A stretch of DNA of 32,000 nt, taken from contig FP565575.1 of NCBI GenBank assembly GCA_000091165.1, forward strand, positions 1,170,001 through 1,202,000, given 5' to 3'. Positions 1 to 7,617 of the stretch are shown here, in pieces (position 1 is the stretch's first letter; each line of letters opens with the position of its first letter). This DNA is from Candidatus Methylomirabilis oxygeniifera (GTDB taxonomy: Bacteria > Methylomirabilota > Methylomirabilia > Methylomirabilales > Methylomirabilaceae). A program made the translations under genes and the position numbers. The notes under the pieces are model-generated. The model was not told where the DNA came from and made no database searches. It worked only from the letters and a program-made list of their open reading frames with translations.

Positions 1-355
1 AGGTACCGAGACGAAGCGTGGCCTCCGCAGCGGCTGCGGTTCCGGGGTAGCGATGGACGACGTCGTGTAGGAGTCGAAGACCTTCTGTCTGTTTCGCGTC
101 ATCAGAGCCGCTTCGCAAAATCACGTCGAGCTGGCCCACTGCCTTGCGCAAGAGAGCCGCAGATTCCGTTTCCTTCCGACCGCTCCAAAAGAAATACCCC
201 GCAATCACGATAGAGAGGACCAACAGGCCAACGGCCGCCCCAACAGCCCACCTCCATCGGTCGGTGACCATGGCTACGATTCGTGCCGTCCTATCCATCG
301 CGATGTGGCTTAAATCGCCGCGCCAATCGGGATTATTCGTGCGAGGCCGCGTCAT
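1..355 (-). CDS. Membrane-anchored TPR-like protein (YfgM/TPR_21-like), N-terminal part; 3' end runs off the window
   Basis: Absent from the ORF track because it has no stop in the window. Hand translation from ATG (cat at 353-355): MTRPRTNNPDWRGDLSHIAMDRTARIVAMVTDRWRWAVGAAVGLLVLSIVIAGYFFWSGRKETESAALLRKAVGQLDVILRSGSDDAKQTEGLRLLHDVVHRYPGTAAAAEATLRLGT... It shows one TM helix followed by a helical-repeat-like segment. A GGGAG Shine-Dalgarno-like box lies about 13 nt upstream. Functional family is a guess. Confidence 0.5.
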   Translation of the reverse strand, partial: MTRPRTNNPDWRGDLSHIAMDRTARIVAMVTDRWRWAVGAAVGLLVLSIVIAGYFFWSGRKETESAALLRKAVGQLDVILRSGSDDAKQTEGLRLLHDVVHRYPGTAAAAEATLRLGT

Positions 356-390
356 GATATAGTTCTACTCCCTATGAAATTACTAGGCGC

Positions 391-467
391 TGGTGCGCCC
401 GACAGGACTTGAACCTGCGACACAGGGTTTAGGAAACCCTTGCTCTATCCATCTGAGCTACGGGCGC
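391..467 (-). tRNA. tRNA-Arg (anticodon CCT), CCA encoded
   Basis: Reverse complement folds as a cloverleaf: GCGCCCG-TA-GCTC-AGATGGATA-GAGC-A-AGGGT-TTCCTAA-ACCCT-GTGTC-GCAGG-TTCAAGT-CCTGT-CGGGCGC-A-CCA. The 7-bp acceptor, GTTCAAGT T-loop and anticodon-loop positions 34-36 = CCT are all present. Confidence 0.9.
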
Positions 468-502
468 CCGGTTATACATCGCGCTGAAGTGAGGCTTATC
501 GA

Positions 503-1024
503 TCAGAACTGGATCAAGGAGAAGACGTCCCGGTCTCCGAACCTCTCTCTCCCTTGCAGAGCCAACAGTTCAACCAAGAAGGCTACTCCGACGACCTGGC
601 CGCCGAGGCGCGTAATAAGATCGATCGCGGCAGTCATCGTCCCCCCGGTGGCAAGCAGATCGTCCGCCATCAGAATTCGCTGATTGGGCAGAATAGCATC
701 CTGGTGGATCTCCAGCGTATCGGCGCCATATTCCAAAGCATAGGTGGTACGGTGCGTCTTATACGGCAGCTTACCCGGCTTTCGGATCAACGTCGTGCCA
801 GCATGAAGTCTATACGCCAAGGCGGCAGCGACGATGAAGCCCCTCGCCTCCACACCAACCACCAGATCGATATGTCGATCATGAAATCGCTCCGCCATCT
901 GATCAATCGCTGTACGGAAAGCCTTACCGTCTGCGAGTAACGGCGTAATATCCTTAAAAACGATTCCCTTTTTTGGGAAATCCGGGATGTCTCGGATTTT
1001 CTGTTTCAGCAGTTCGATGGGCAT
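503..1024 (-). CDS. apt: Adenine phosphoribosyltransferase
   Basis: 173 aa; N-terminus IRDIPDFPKKGIVFKDITPLL and the PRPP-binding loop ILMADDLLATGGT are typical of Apt. ATG at 1024 is preceded by GAGGAA. Confidence 0.95.
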   Translation of the reverse strand: MPIELLKQKIRDIPDFPKKGIVFKDITPLLADGKAFRTAIDQMAERFHDRHIDLVVGVEARGFIVAAALAYRLHAGTTLIRKPGKLPYKTHRTTYALEYGADTLEIHQDAILPNQRILMADDLLATGGTMTAAIDLITRLGGQVVGVAFLVELLALQGRERFGDRDVFSLIQF

Positions 1025-1142
1025 TAGTGTTCCTCACAAGATCGCCATCAACAGTCAGCCTCAGATAAAGCAGAACGCGTACCACAATGGAGCTGATACC
1101 TGACTGCTGAAGGCTGAACGCGTGGCTGGGAAGAAAACGAAA

Positions 1143-1220
<78 letters not shown>

Positions 1221-1222
1221 CA

Positions 1223-1864
1223 TCATTCGTCCCATCCTTGCTCGCCGATCAACTTCACGAAGTTACAGTTCCCGAGCTCCTCCCAGCAGACGGTCGTCCC
1301 TCTTTTCGTACCCTTCTTGAGAGCTTGATTCCATGGCTGACCGACCGGCAGCACCAGGCGTCCGCCGTCGGCAAGCTGTTCAGTAAGGCACTGTGGGATG
1401 CTTGGAGCGCCTGCGCTCACGATGATCGCATCAAAGGGCGCCTTGTCCTTCCAGCCGATGGACCCATCCCCTACCCGAATCCACGTGTGGTGGTATCCGA
1501 GCGACTCAAGACGGTATCGGGCGCGTGACGCAAGCCTCCGATTTCGCTCGATCGAGTATACCTTCACGCCTAATTCCGCCAGAATGGCCGTCTGATAACC
1601 TGACCCGGTCCCGATCTCCAGGACCCGCTGATCTTTCTGCAACTCGAGCAACTCTGTCATTAGCGCTACCATAAACGGTTGCGAAATCGTTTGCTTCTCG
1701 CCAATCGGCAGCGAATAATCGCCGTAAGCGCGCCCCCAGAAGGCCTCTTCCACAAACAGATGCCGGTGGACCTTGGCCATTGCGTGCAGGATGCCCGGGT
1801 GCGTAATCCCGCGTCTCACGAGCTGCTCGGCCACCATCCGCTGCCGGGCAACCGCGTAATCCAT
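1223..1864 (-). CDS. pcm: Protein-L-isoaspartate O-methyltransferase
   Basis: 213 aa; [18 protein letters not shown] and the SAM motif [18 protein letters not shown] are present, with C-terminal [12 protein letters not shown] at 1864. The surE-pcm pairing is a classical conserved pair. Confidence 0.93.
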   Translation of the reverse strand: MDYAVARQRMVAEQLVRRGITHPGILHAMAKVHRHLFVEEAFWGRAYGDYSLPIGEKQTISQPFMVALMTELLELQKDQRVLEIGTGSGYQTAILAELGVKVYSIERNRRLASRARYRLESLGYHHTWIRVGDGSIGWKDKAPFDAIIVSAGAPSIPQCLTEQLADGGRLVLPVGQPWNQALKKGTKRGTTVCWEELGNCNFVKLIGEQGWDE

Positions 1865-1912
1865 TATGGAATCGCAAACCTGTTATGTTATACGCGTCAG
1901 TTGACGGTTCCG

Positions 1913-2701
1913 TCACGCGGTGACGCGCCGCCGCCCTACCGTCAACGATAGGTCATCCCACAAAAATTTCCATCTCCTGAGCTTCTTCACGGCGCTCGAG
2001 TTAGTCAGATCGAGATGAAGCGGTGTAATCGAGATCGATCCTGCCGTCACCGCGGCATAATCGCTGTCTTCCGACGGTTCCCATGTGGGTTCCTTCCCGC
2101 CGATCCAGTAATAGGCCTTTCCTCGCGGATCGACCTTTCTCACGATAATGTCATCATAGCGTCGCCTTCCCTGTTGTGTGATCGCCACTCCTTTAATTGC
2201 TGAAGGGCGACAATTTGGGACATTGACGTTCAGCATGGTATTAGCCGGCAGGCCGTTTTTTGTGATCAGCTTCGCCACCATCACCGCGGCCAGCCCTGCT
2301 GCGGTGAAATTCACCCGCCGACGCGCGACGACGGACAGCGCAAATGCCGGAAGCCCAAGCAGCGTAGCTTCAAAAGCGGCTGACACCGTCCCGGAGTAGG
2401 TCACATCATCACCCATATTCCCGCCGATATTGATCCCTGAAGCGACCAGATCAAACTTCCGGTTGATCATACCCATAAGCGCCAGCGCAACGCAATCGGT
2501 CGGCGTGCCGTCAACTGTGAACCACGTCGGCGCCACCTTGGTGACGCGCAACGGCCTGTTTAACGTGAGAGAATGTCCGGACGCACTACGCTCACGATCA
2601 GGCGCCACGACCCACACCTCGCCGAGTGTGGAGAGCGCATCCGCAAGCACCCGAAGTCCTCGCGCATGAATACCGTCATCATTAGAAATCAGAATATTCA
2701 T
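1913..2701 (-). CDS. surE: 5'/3'-nucleotidase SurE
   Basis: 262 aa with the canonical N-terminus [16 protein letters not shown], plus [27 protein letters not shown] at 2701; no obvious SD upstream. Confidence 0.95.
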   Translation of the reverse strand: MNILISNDDGIHARGLRVLADALSTLGEVWVVAPDRERSASGHSLTLNRPLRVTKVAPTWFTVDGTPTDCVALALMGMINRKFDLVASGINIGGNMGDDVTYSGTVSAAFEATLLGLPAFALSVVARRRVNFTAAGLAAVMVAKLITKNGLPANTMLNVNVPNCRPSAIKGVAITQQGRRRYDDIIVRKVDPRGKAYYWIGGKEPTWEPSEDSDYAAVTAGSISITPLHLDLTNSSAVKKLRRWKFLWDDLSLTVGRRRVTA

Positions 2702-2710
2702 TCAGAACTG

Positions 2711-2738
2711 AAAAAAAGAGCAGAGACGCACTCTGCCC
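2711..2738 (-). terminator. Intrinsic terminator-like hairpin plus T7 run after tRNA-Pro(GGG)
   Basis: Minus strand reads GCAGAG-TGCGT-CTCTGC-TC-TTTTTTT, i.e. a 6-bp GC-rich stem, 5-nt loop and 7 U. It lies 32 nt after the tRNA 3' end and 9 nt before the surE ATG. Confidence 0.5.
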
Positions 2739-2769
2739 TTCGGTGATCTCGTATATGGATATGTCTGAC

Positions 2770-2846
2770 TGGTCGGGGCGATTGGATTTGAACCAACGAC
2801 CCCTGGCCCCCCATGCCAGTGCGCTACCAGGCTGCGCCACGCCCCG
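2770..2846 (-). tRNA. tRNA-Pro (anticodon GGG), CCA encoded
   Basis: Reverse complement: CGGGGCG-TG-GCGC-AGCCTGGTA-GCGC-A-CTGGC-ATGGGGG-GCCAG-GGGTC-GTTGG-TTCAAAT-CCAAT-CGCCCCG-A-CCA. It is identical to the 1143-1219 tRNA except for the anticodon arm and one base at position 9. Confidence 0.9.
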
Positions 2847-2857
2847 AACAAGCGATG

Positions 2858-2886
2858 ATTATACGTCAGGGGGAATTCCTGCGTAA
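2858..2886 (-). promoter_or_regulatory. Candidate sigma70-type promoter for tRNA-Pro(GGG)
   Basis: On the minus strand a perfect TATAAT (2858-2863) lies directly after the MerR stop codon and 11 nt upstream of the mature tRNA 5' end. The -35 is weak (TTACGC at 2881-2886, 17-nt spacer). Confidence 0.3.
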
Positions 2887-3276
2887 TAACGACGAGATCT
2901 GCTTCAGTTCTTCCTTCACCAGTCGGATAGAATCCAGCGCGGTCGGCGGGAACGGCTCCTGCTCCGCGGCCAGATGGCGTCTGGCGCCCGCAATGGTGAA
3001 TCGCCTCTGGTAGAGCAGCTCCTTGATGCGAAGCACAGCCAGGACATCGTTGCGTCGATAGAGACGCTGCCCGCTTGGACTCTTGGTCGGCCGAAGCGTC
3101 GCAAACTGTGTCTCCCAGTAGCGAAGGATGTAGGGTTGGACTTCGGCCAGTTCCGCAACCTCTCCAATCTTAAAGTAGAGCTTTTCGGGGATTGCAGGAC
3201 CGCCGTCAAGACCAGGGAGAAGCCTTTGTTGCGATCGAGGTTTCGTTCTAACCAACCTCATCCGTGCACTGGGCAC
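2866..3276 (-). CDS. MerR-family transcriptional regulator
   Basis: 136 aa; the helix-turn-helix [25 protein letters not shown]...RLYRRNDV is typical of MerR. The annotated start at 3276 is GTG with a GAAGAGG-like SD upstream; an in-frame ATG at 3261 is an alternative. Confidence 0.8.
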   Translation of the reverse strand: MPSARMRLVRTKPRSQQRLLPGLDGGPAIPEKLYFKIGEVAELAEVQPYILRYWETQFATLRPTKSPSGQRLYRRNDVLAVLRIKELLYQRRFTIAGARRHLAAEQEPFPPTALDSIRLVKEELKQISSLLRRNSP

Positions 3277-3306
3277 AGCCTTGCCTCTTCCGCGCCGACT
3301 CGAACG

Positions 3307-3588
3307 CTACCCGCCGAAATTATTCACAGCCAGGTGTAGAGCTTTACCCGGCTTGAATTTCAACACCTTGCGAGCTGAGATCGTAATGGGGTCGCCGGTC
3401 TGTGGGTTTCGCCCTTTTCTCGCCCGCTTGGCTTTGACCTGGAAAGAGCCGAAGCCGACAAGCTGGATCTTCTCCCCTTTCTTCAGAGCGTTCTTCACAA
3501 TGTCGAGGGTCGCCTCCACTGCTTCCATCGCCTGTTTCTTGGCGAGACCTCTTTCAGCAACGATCGAAGCTATGTCAGCCTTGGTCAT
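3307..3588 (-). CDS. HU/IHF-family DNA-binding protein (IHF-like)
   Basis: 93 aa; GFGSFQVKAKRARKGRNPQTGDPITISARKVLKFKPGKAL is the HU/IHF beta-arm signature. ATG at 3588 with GGGAAGGGG upstream. An IHF gene followed by a MerR gene is a recurrent pair. Confidence 0.9.
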   Translation of the reverse strand: MTKADIASIVAERGLAKKQAMEAVEATLDIVKNALKKGEKIQLVGFGSFQVKAKRARKGRNPQTGDPITISARKVLKFKPGKALHLAVNNFGG

Positions 3589-3702
3589 TGTTCCCCTTCC
3601 CTTTCAGGAACACACAGCCATTCTCTTGTGGCGTCGTCCTGTGCAATTACCCCACGCTTCAGAACCGTGTGTCTCCCAACCATTCTTCCGACATTCGCTG
3701 AT

Positions 3703-3731
3703 ATGATAGAGAGCGGGCCGAGGGTTGTCAA
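3703..3731 (-). promoter_or_regulatory. Candidate sigma70 promoter for the IHF-MerR unit
   Basis: Minus strand reads TTGACA (3726-3731), a 17-nt spacer, then TATCAT (3703-3708). It sits in the 164-nt gap upstream of the IHF gene and implies a leader of about 105 nt. Confidence 0.4.
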
Positions 3732-3752
3732 ATCCTTTTTCCAGATACCACC

Positions 3753-5177
3753 TTATTGGATGATCGAATCGTTTGGGCTCCCTGAGTCGCTGGAAAGGAT
3801 GCGGAACGGGTCGCTCGACGCCGGAGGCACAGAGACACGATAGGCATAGCTCAGAGTTCGCCCCATCAGCACGACGTAAATCAGGCCCCCCAGCGTGAGC
3901 ACCAGAGCCCCCAGTCCGGCGATCGTCGCCTGCGCTGTGATCAAGCCGCCGGCAAGCATCAGGACACCGACATTCAACAAGATAAAGACAATCGGACGAC
4001 AGCGCAACAAAGAGAGTTCTGTAATCGCCAGCTTTGGCCAACCTCTGCGGTCGCGTACGCCGACAACAAAACCCGGAAAGAGCTTAAAAGACATCCCGAT
4101 GATGAAGTTCGTTACCCACCCGAGCAGTCCCAATACCCCGTATGCTCCCGCAATCCTATTGCCAAGGGCGCCGTCCGGATCAATCCACAGCAGTGAAAAT
4201 CCAAGTCCAACGGCGAGCAACAGACAGACGACACCTGCCAGCGCATGCCGCATCGTCCAATCGATCGGTATCCGCCGGTTACGCATAAGCGTCTGAAGTA
4301 TGCCGACATAGGTAAGCAGAGCCAACAGGATCACCACACTCCAGACGGTTGTCCCGGGAATCCAGCCGAGAAGCGCCATCGCCAATCCGGCGACGCCGAC
4401 GGCAAGGCCGTACACTTGCCAGACCGCCACACGTGGCAGCGTCAGCTCGGACAAGAGAAACGCCGGCGCCATCCGATAGGAGATGGAACAGATGGTCAGA
4501 CTCACCCATCCAAGCGCCGCAAGATGCGCGTGGCTGGCCAGGTTGGTGAGAACATTTCCGGAAAGAAACCCGCGAGATTTATCCAACGCAAGGAGAAAGC
4601 CGAGCGTCGCCGCGAGCAACAGAAACCCGATCGACATGCACATGCCGGTTTCGGCCGCGCTCCGGTGCCAGGCAGGACCAAGGCAGTGCCACATGTTCAT
4701 CGCAAAGAAGATCACGCTGAGCACAATGACTGCCGCCGCCATCCAGGTTGGCGGCCATGCTCCGATCAGCATGTGCGTCATGAGACCTGTTGCGCTGAAG
4801 ATGTACAACCCGAACTGCCAGCGCGCCAACCTCGGAAAGCGCAAGGGTCGTTTCGTCATCGCCGGGACAAGCCGATACATGACCCCCATGATCGCGGAGG
4901 TGATCCATCCGAGCGTAAAGGTGTGGGTGGTCGCTAAGAGCCGCGGCTGATAGAAAAAATCCATTAAATCACCAATCACCCACGGGATTACCGACACGCC
5001 CAGCCCGAACAGGGCCACAGCAGAAATGAAAAAGTGTATCGGGAGGCGCGCCATTCGCATAAGTTCTCGAGACGGAGCACTCGCGGCTATCGGTTCGGCA
5101 GCCTGCCCTGACGCCGTAGGCCTGTTTTGTTTTGGATCGAGGTCGATCTGCAACCTGTCAGATCGATGCAAGTTCAT
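3753..5177 (-). CDS. 12-TM polytopic membrane protein with a 3-fold internal repeat; distant heme-copper-oxidase subunit I / NnrS-like (function unknown)
   Basis: 474 aa with about 12 hydrophobic helices. A 21-aa motif recurs every ~131 aa: HTFTLGWITSAIMGVMYRLVP (res 85), HLAALGWVSLTICSISYRMAP (res 218) and VLGLLGWVTNFIIGMSFKLFP (res 348). ATG at 5177 is preceded by AGAGGAA. Family assignment is from remembered motifs only. Confidence 0.8.
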   Translation of the reverse strand: MNLHRSDRLQIDLDPKQNRPTASGQAAEPIAASAPSRELMRMARLPIHFFISAVALFGLGVSVIPWVIGDLMDFFYQPRLLATTHTFTLGWITSAIMGVMYRLVPAMTKRPLRFPRLARWQFGLYIFSATGLMTHMLIGAWPPTWMAAAVIVLSVIFFAMNMWHCLGPAWHRSAAETGMCMSIGFLLLAATLGFLLALDKSRGFLSGNVLTNLASHAHLAALGWVSLTICSISYRMAPAFLLSELTLPRVAVWQVYGLAVGVAGLAMALLGWIPGTTVWSVVILLALLTYVGILQTLMRNRRIPIDWTMRHALAGVVCLLLAVGLGFSLLWIDPDGALGNRIAGAYGVLGLLGWVTNFIIGMSFKLFPGFVVGVRDRRGWPKLAITELSLLRCRPIVFILLNVGVLMLAGGLITAQATIAGLGALVLTLGGLIYVVLMGRTLSYAYRVSVPPASSDPFRILSSDSGSPNDSIIQ

Positions 5178-5207
5178 CGTATGTTCCTCTGAAAGCCGAT
5201 TGCTTTC

Positions 5208-6866
5208 TCACCCGGCGTCCACTAACGAGACAGATCGTTTATCCTGCAAACCGGACGTCGCCATATTACCCAGGAACAACAGGACGGCGACAACATTCAG
5301 CAGACCGCCCCCCAGTCTCCCAGGCCACCAGGCCGTCACATCCCCAACCACTCGCACTATGAGCGACAGATGAAGCAAAACGAGATGGCTATAGAAGGCC
5401 GGGCGAAACGGTAAGGCAATTCCCAGTACAGATGGAAAGATGATCGGAGCGTGTCCCATAATCATCGAGAACACAAAGCCGACAAATATGGCGTGCAGCG
5501 TCGCATCGTAGCCGTCAGGGATGTCATGTGCATGAACAGCATGTACGCTTGCATGATGGTGAGCCGCCACTCCACCAAAGCTTACGGTAAGTAGCCCGGC
5601 TACCGCGAGCCACACGTAGCCTGAAAGCAAGCTGAGCGCAACAAATCGATGCAGTCCTGTCTTGTGTATCGCGTGTCGCGCCATATCGTGACGCAGCAAC
5701 CAGACGCTCAATCCAACCAGGCCCAGCCCGCTCAGTCGCGATCCAATGTCAAAAGCCGTTCCGACAGGAATTAGGCCGGCCATAAAGAGAGCAATAGCGA
5801 CCAGAAACGAGAGCCGATGTCGTTGCGCAAGCGGAAGAAAACGGCTTAACTCCAGTCGTTCGCCGGCAATCGTCAGGATCAGGAAGGCGGCCCACCAACT
5901 GACGACACTGACAATCGACCACCCATTAAGCCACAGGATGTTGCCTGCCAACCACACAAGCGCTCCAAGCCCCATCGTCACCGTAAACAGCGCCGGTTGT
6001 TCCTGAATGAGATAAATGAACGTCACAACCAATACAACACTGCCCAAGGTCATGAATACCGGACCCACCGCACCAGGCACACCGGCAATCAGCGCAACGG
6101 CGCCCGCCCCGGTACACAGAGGTCCGACAGCAGGCCACCACTTCGCTATGGCTACAGCCCGCTCCAATCCGATCAGCGTGCCCAAAAAACCGGACACCAT
6201 CAACGGACCATGTACATCCGGCAACGTCAAAGGGACGATCGACCACTCCCAACCCAGGCGGTAGAGTCCTCCCAACAACGCTGTAAGCAGGGCGAACATC
6301 CCGGTCGCCATCAGCGGAAATCTGAACGAACGTCGCAGCGAGCCGGTTGAGTTGTGCCGTACTTGCTCCGGGATGGCTTGTTCTAATCGCCGTGAAGGCT
6401 GTATCGCAAGAAGTACGCTCAGGCTCAATGCAAGCAGCGACGTCATCGTCAACGCCGAAAGAACACACCACGAACAAATCGATTTGATCACCGCAACCTG
6501 CAGGTAGATCAGCCACGCCGATATCACCACGCCGATTCCGGCAATCACGGCGATCATGCCCAGTATACGCCGACTGTCGAGCCTCACGGCCATGACTGAA
6601 AGACCAAGCAGCAGCAGGTACGCCACGATACCGAAGGCAGCGAGGGGAATTCCCCAGATCTCAGAGTACGCGCCTCGATTGACGACGTCGCATCCCTCTG
6701 CAAGGCAGAAACCCGGCGTCTCCGCGCGATGCCGCCACAGCAGGTAGCCAGAGTCCGCCAGTCCGAACAGTGCAAGCACGGGGAGCGCCGGCAGCCATCG
6801 TCGAGCTCGGCGGCTACCGATCGCCTCAGTAGACTTCAATTGAGACCTGGGTGCGCCGTCGCGCAT
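5208..6866 (-). CDS. Fusion protein: N-terminal VKOR (vitamin K epoxide reductase-like) domain plus C-terminal ~12-TM His-rich domain of unknown function
   Basis: 552 aa. The VKOR hallmarks lie in the first ~165 aa: loop Cys pair FCLAEGCDVV, the S..WGIPLAAFG motif and an in-membrane CSWC redox motif. The C-terminal part has HGPLMVSGFLGTLIGLERA, LTIAGERLELSR, a His-rich loop AAHHHASVHAVHAHD and LHAIFVGFVFSMIMGHAPIIFP. ATG at 6866 overlaps the upstream gene by 41 nt. Confidence 0.8.
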   Translation of the reverse strand: MRDGAPRSQLKSTEAIGSRRARRWLPALPVLALFGLADSGYLLWRHRAETPGFCLAEGCDVVNRGAYSEIWGIPLAAFGIVAYLLLLGLSVMAVRLDSRRILGMIAVIAGIGVVISAWLIYLQVAVIKSICSWCVLSALTMTSLLALSLSVLLAIQPSRRLEQAIPEQVRHNSTGSLRRSFRFPLMATGMFALLTALLGGLYRLGWEWSIVPLTLPDVHGPLMVSGFLGTLIGLERAVAIAKWWPAVGPLCTGAGAVALIAGVPGAVGPVFMTLGSVVLVVTFIYLIQEQPALFTVTMGLGALVWLAGNILWLNGWSIVSVVSWWAAFLILTIAGERLELSRFLPLAQRHRLSFLVAIALFMAGLIPVGTAFDIGSRLSGLGLVGLSVWLLRHDMARHAIHKTGLHRFVALSLLSGYVWLAVAGLLTVSFGGVAAHHHASVHAVHAHDIPDGYDATLHAIFVGFVFSMIMGHAPIIFPSVLGIALPFRPAFYSHLVLLHLSLIVRVVGDVTAWWPGRLGGGLLNVVAVLLFLGNMATSGLQDKRSVSLVDAG

Positions 6867-7617
6867 ACTCGGCGATTACTTCGAGCACTGTTCGGGAAAC
6901 CGGTATCAAGCGGGTGTCGGCCGGTACCCGGTCGAGCGTATAGATCTGAACCCCACGCGGGCGAATCTCAGCAACCCGGTCGGACCACTCGCGGATCGCC
7001 ACAGGGGCCGTGGTCGCCACCCTGCCCCACACGAACATCGTTTGCAACAGTACGCCGTCAAGCTGCGCTAACCCCTGGAGCATCTGGGCGAAGTCCCACC
7101 CTTTGGCGGGCAGATTGATCCGTCGCATGAGCGCCTCGCTCCCGGCATCCAACTTCATCAACTTGAGATCGATCCCCTGCAACGCGGCGCGTATCTCCGA
7201 GCGATACACGGTGGAGCTATTCGACAGAATGGCCAGCTTGGCGTCCGGCATATAGAGATCCCGCAGATCGGACGCGGCCTTAACGATCGCCTGTAATTCG
7301 GGATGAAGCGTGGGCTCGCCGTTGCCGGAGAAGGTGATGACGTCGATAAGGATCTGCTCACGGCATAACTGCTGCAGCCGTCTCTCTAAAGCTTCGACTA
7401 CCTGGTTGCCGGTAGGAAGATCGGTCAGCGAGTCGATACCCTGCACGATCGGCTGTGCAGTCCAGCCGCACTGGCAGTACCGGCAGTTAAAGGAGCAGAG
7501 CTTGGCTCCTGCGCCCAGCAGATTGACGCCCAGCGAGCGGCCCAGTCGTCGAGAAAGCAGTGGGCCGTAGACCAGATCCTCTTTCACCAGCCGATGTCGG
7601 CGTACATCCCTCGTCAT
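6826..7617 (-). CDS. Radical SAM protein (unknown substrate)
   Basis: 263 aa; YGPLLSRRLGRSLGVNLL...CSFNCRYCQC supplies the CxxxCxxC 4Fe-4S/SAM cluster motif, and FSGNGEPTLHP is the GGE-like SAM motif. ATG at 7617 overlaps the hpt stop as ATGA. Confidence 0.85.
   Translation of the reverse strand: MTRDVRRHRLVKEDLVYGPLLSRRLGRSLGVNLLGAGAKLCSFNCRYCQCGWTAQPIVQGIDSLTDLPTGNQVVEALERRLQQLCREQILIDVITFSGNGEPTLHPELQAIVKAASDLRDLYMPDAKLAILSNSSTVYRSEIRAALQGIDLKLMKLDAGSEALMRRINLPAKGWDFAQMLQGLAQLDGVLLQTMFVWGRVATTAPVAIREWSDRVAEIRPRGVQIYTLDRVPADTRLIPVSRTVLEVIAEYARRRTQVSIEVY

Noticed and set aside
144-683. Plus-strand ORFs 144-362 and 393-683
   Set aside because: The first is antisense to the TPR-like gene. 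The second starts inside tRNA-Arg and runs antisense to apt. The 1122-1328 and 1142-1528 ORFs likewise start inside tRNA-Pro.
4245-4937. 230-aa plus-strand ORF, plus the neighbouring 4483-4950 ORF
   Set aside because: It is antisense to the 474-aa membrane gene. The composition is extremely Arg/His/Pro/Gly-rich, and there is no SD or motif. The minus-strand frame gives a coherent 12-TM protein.
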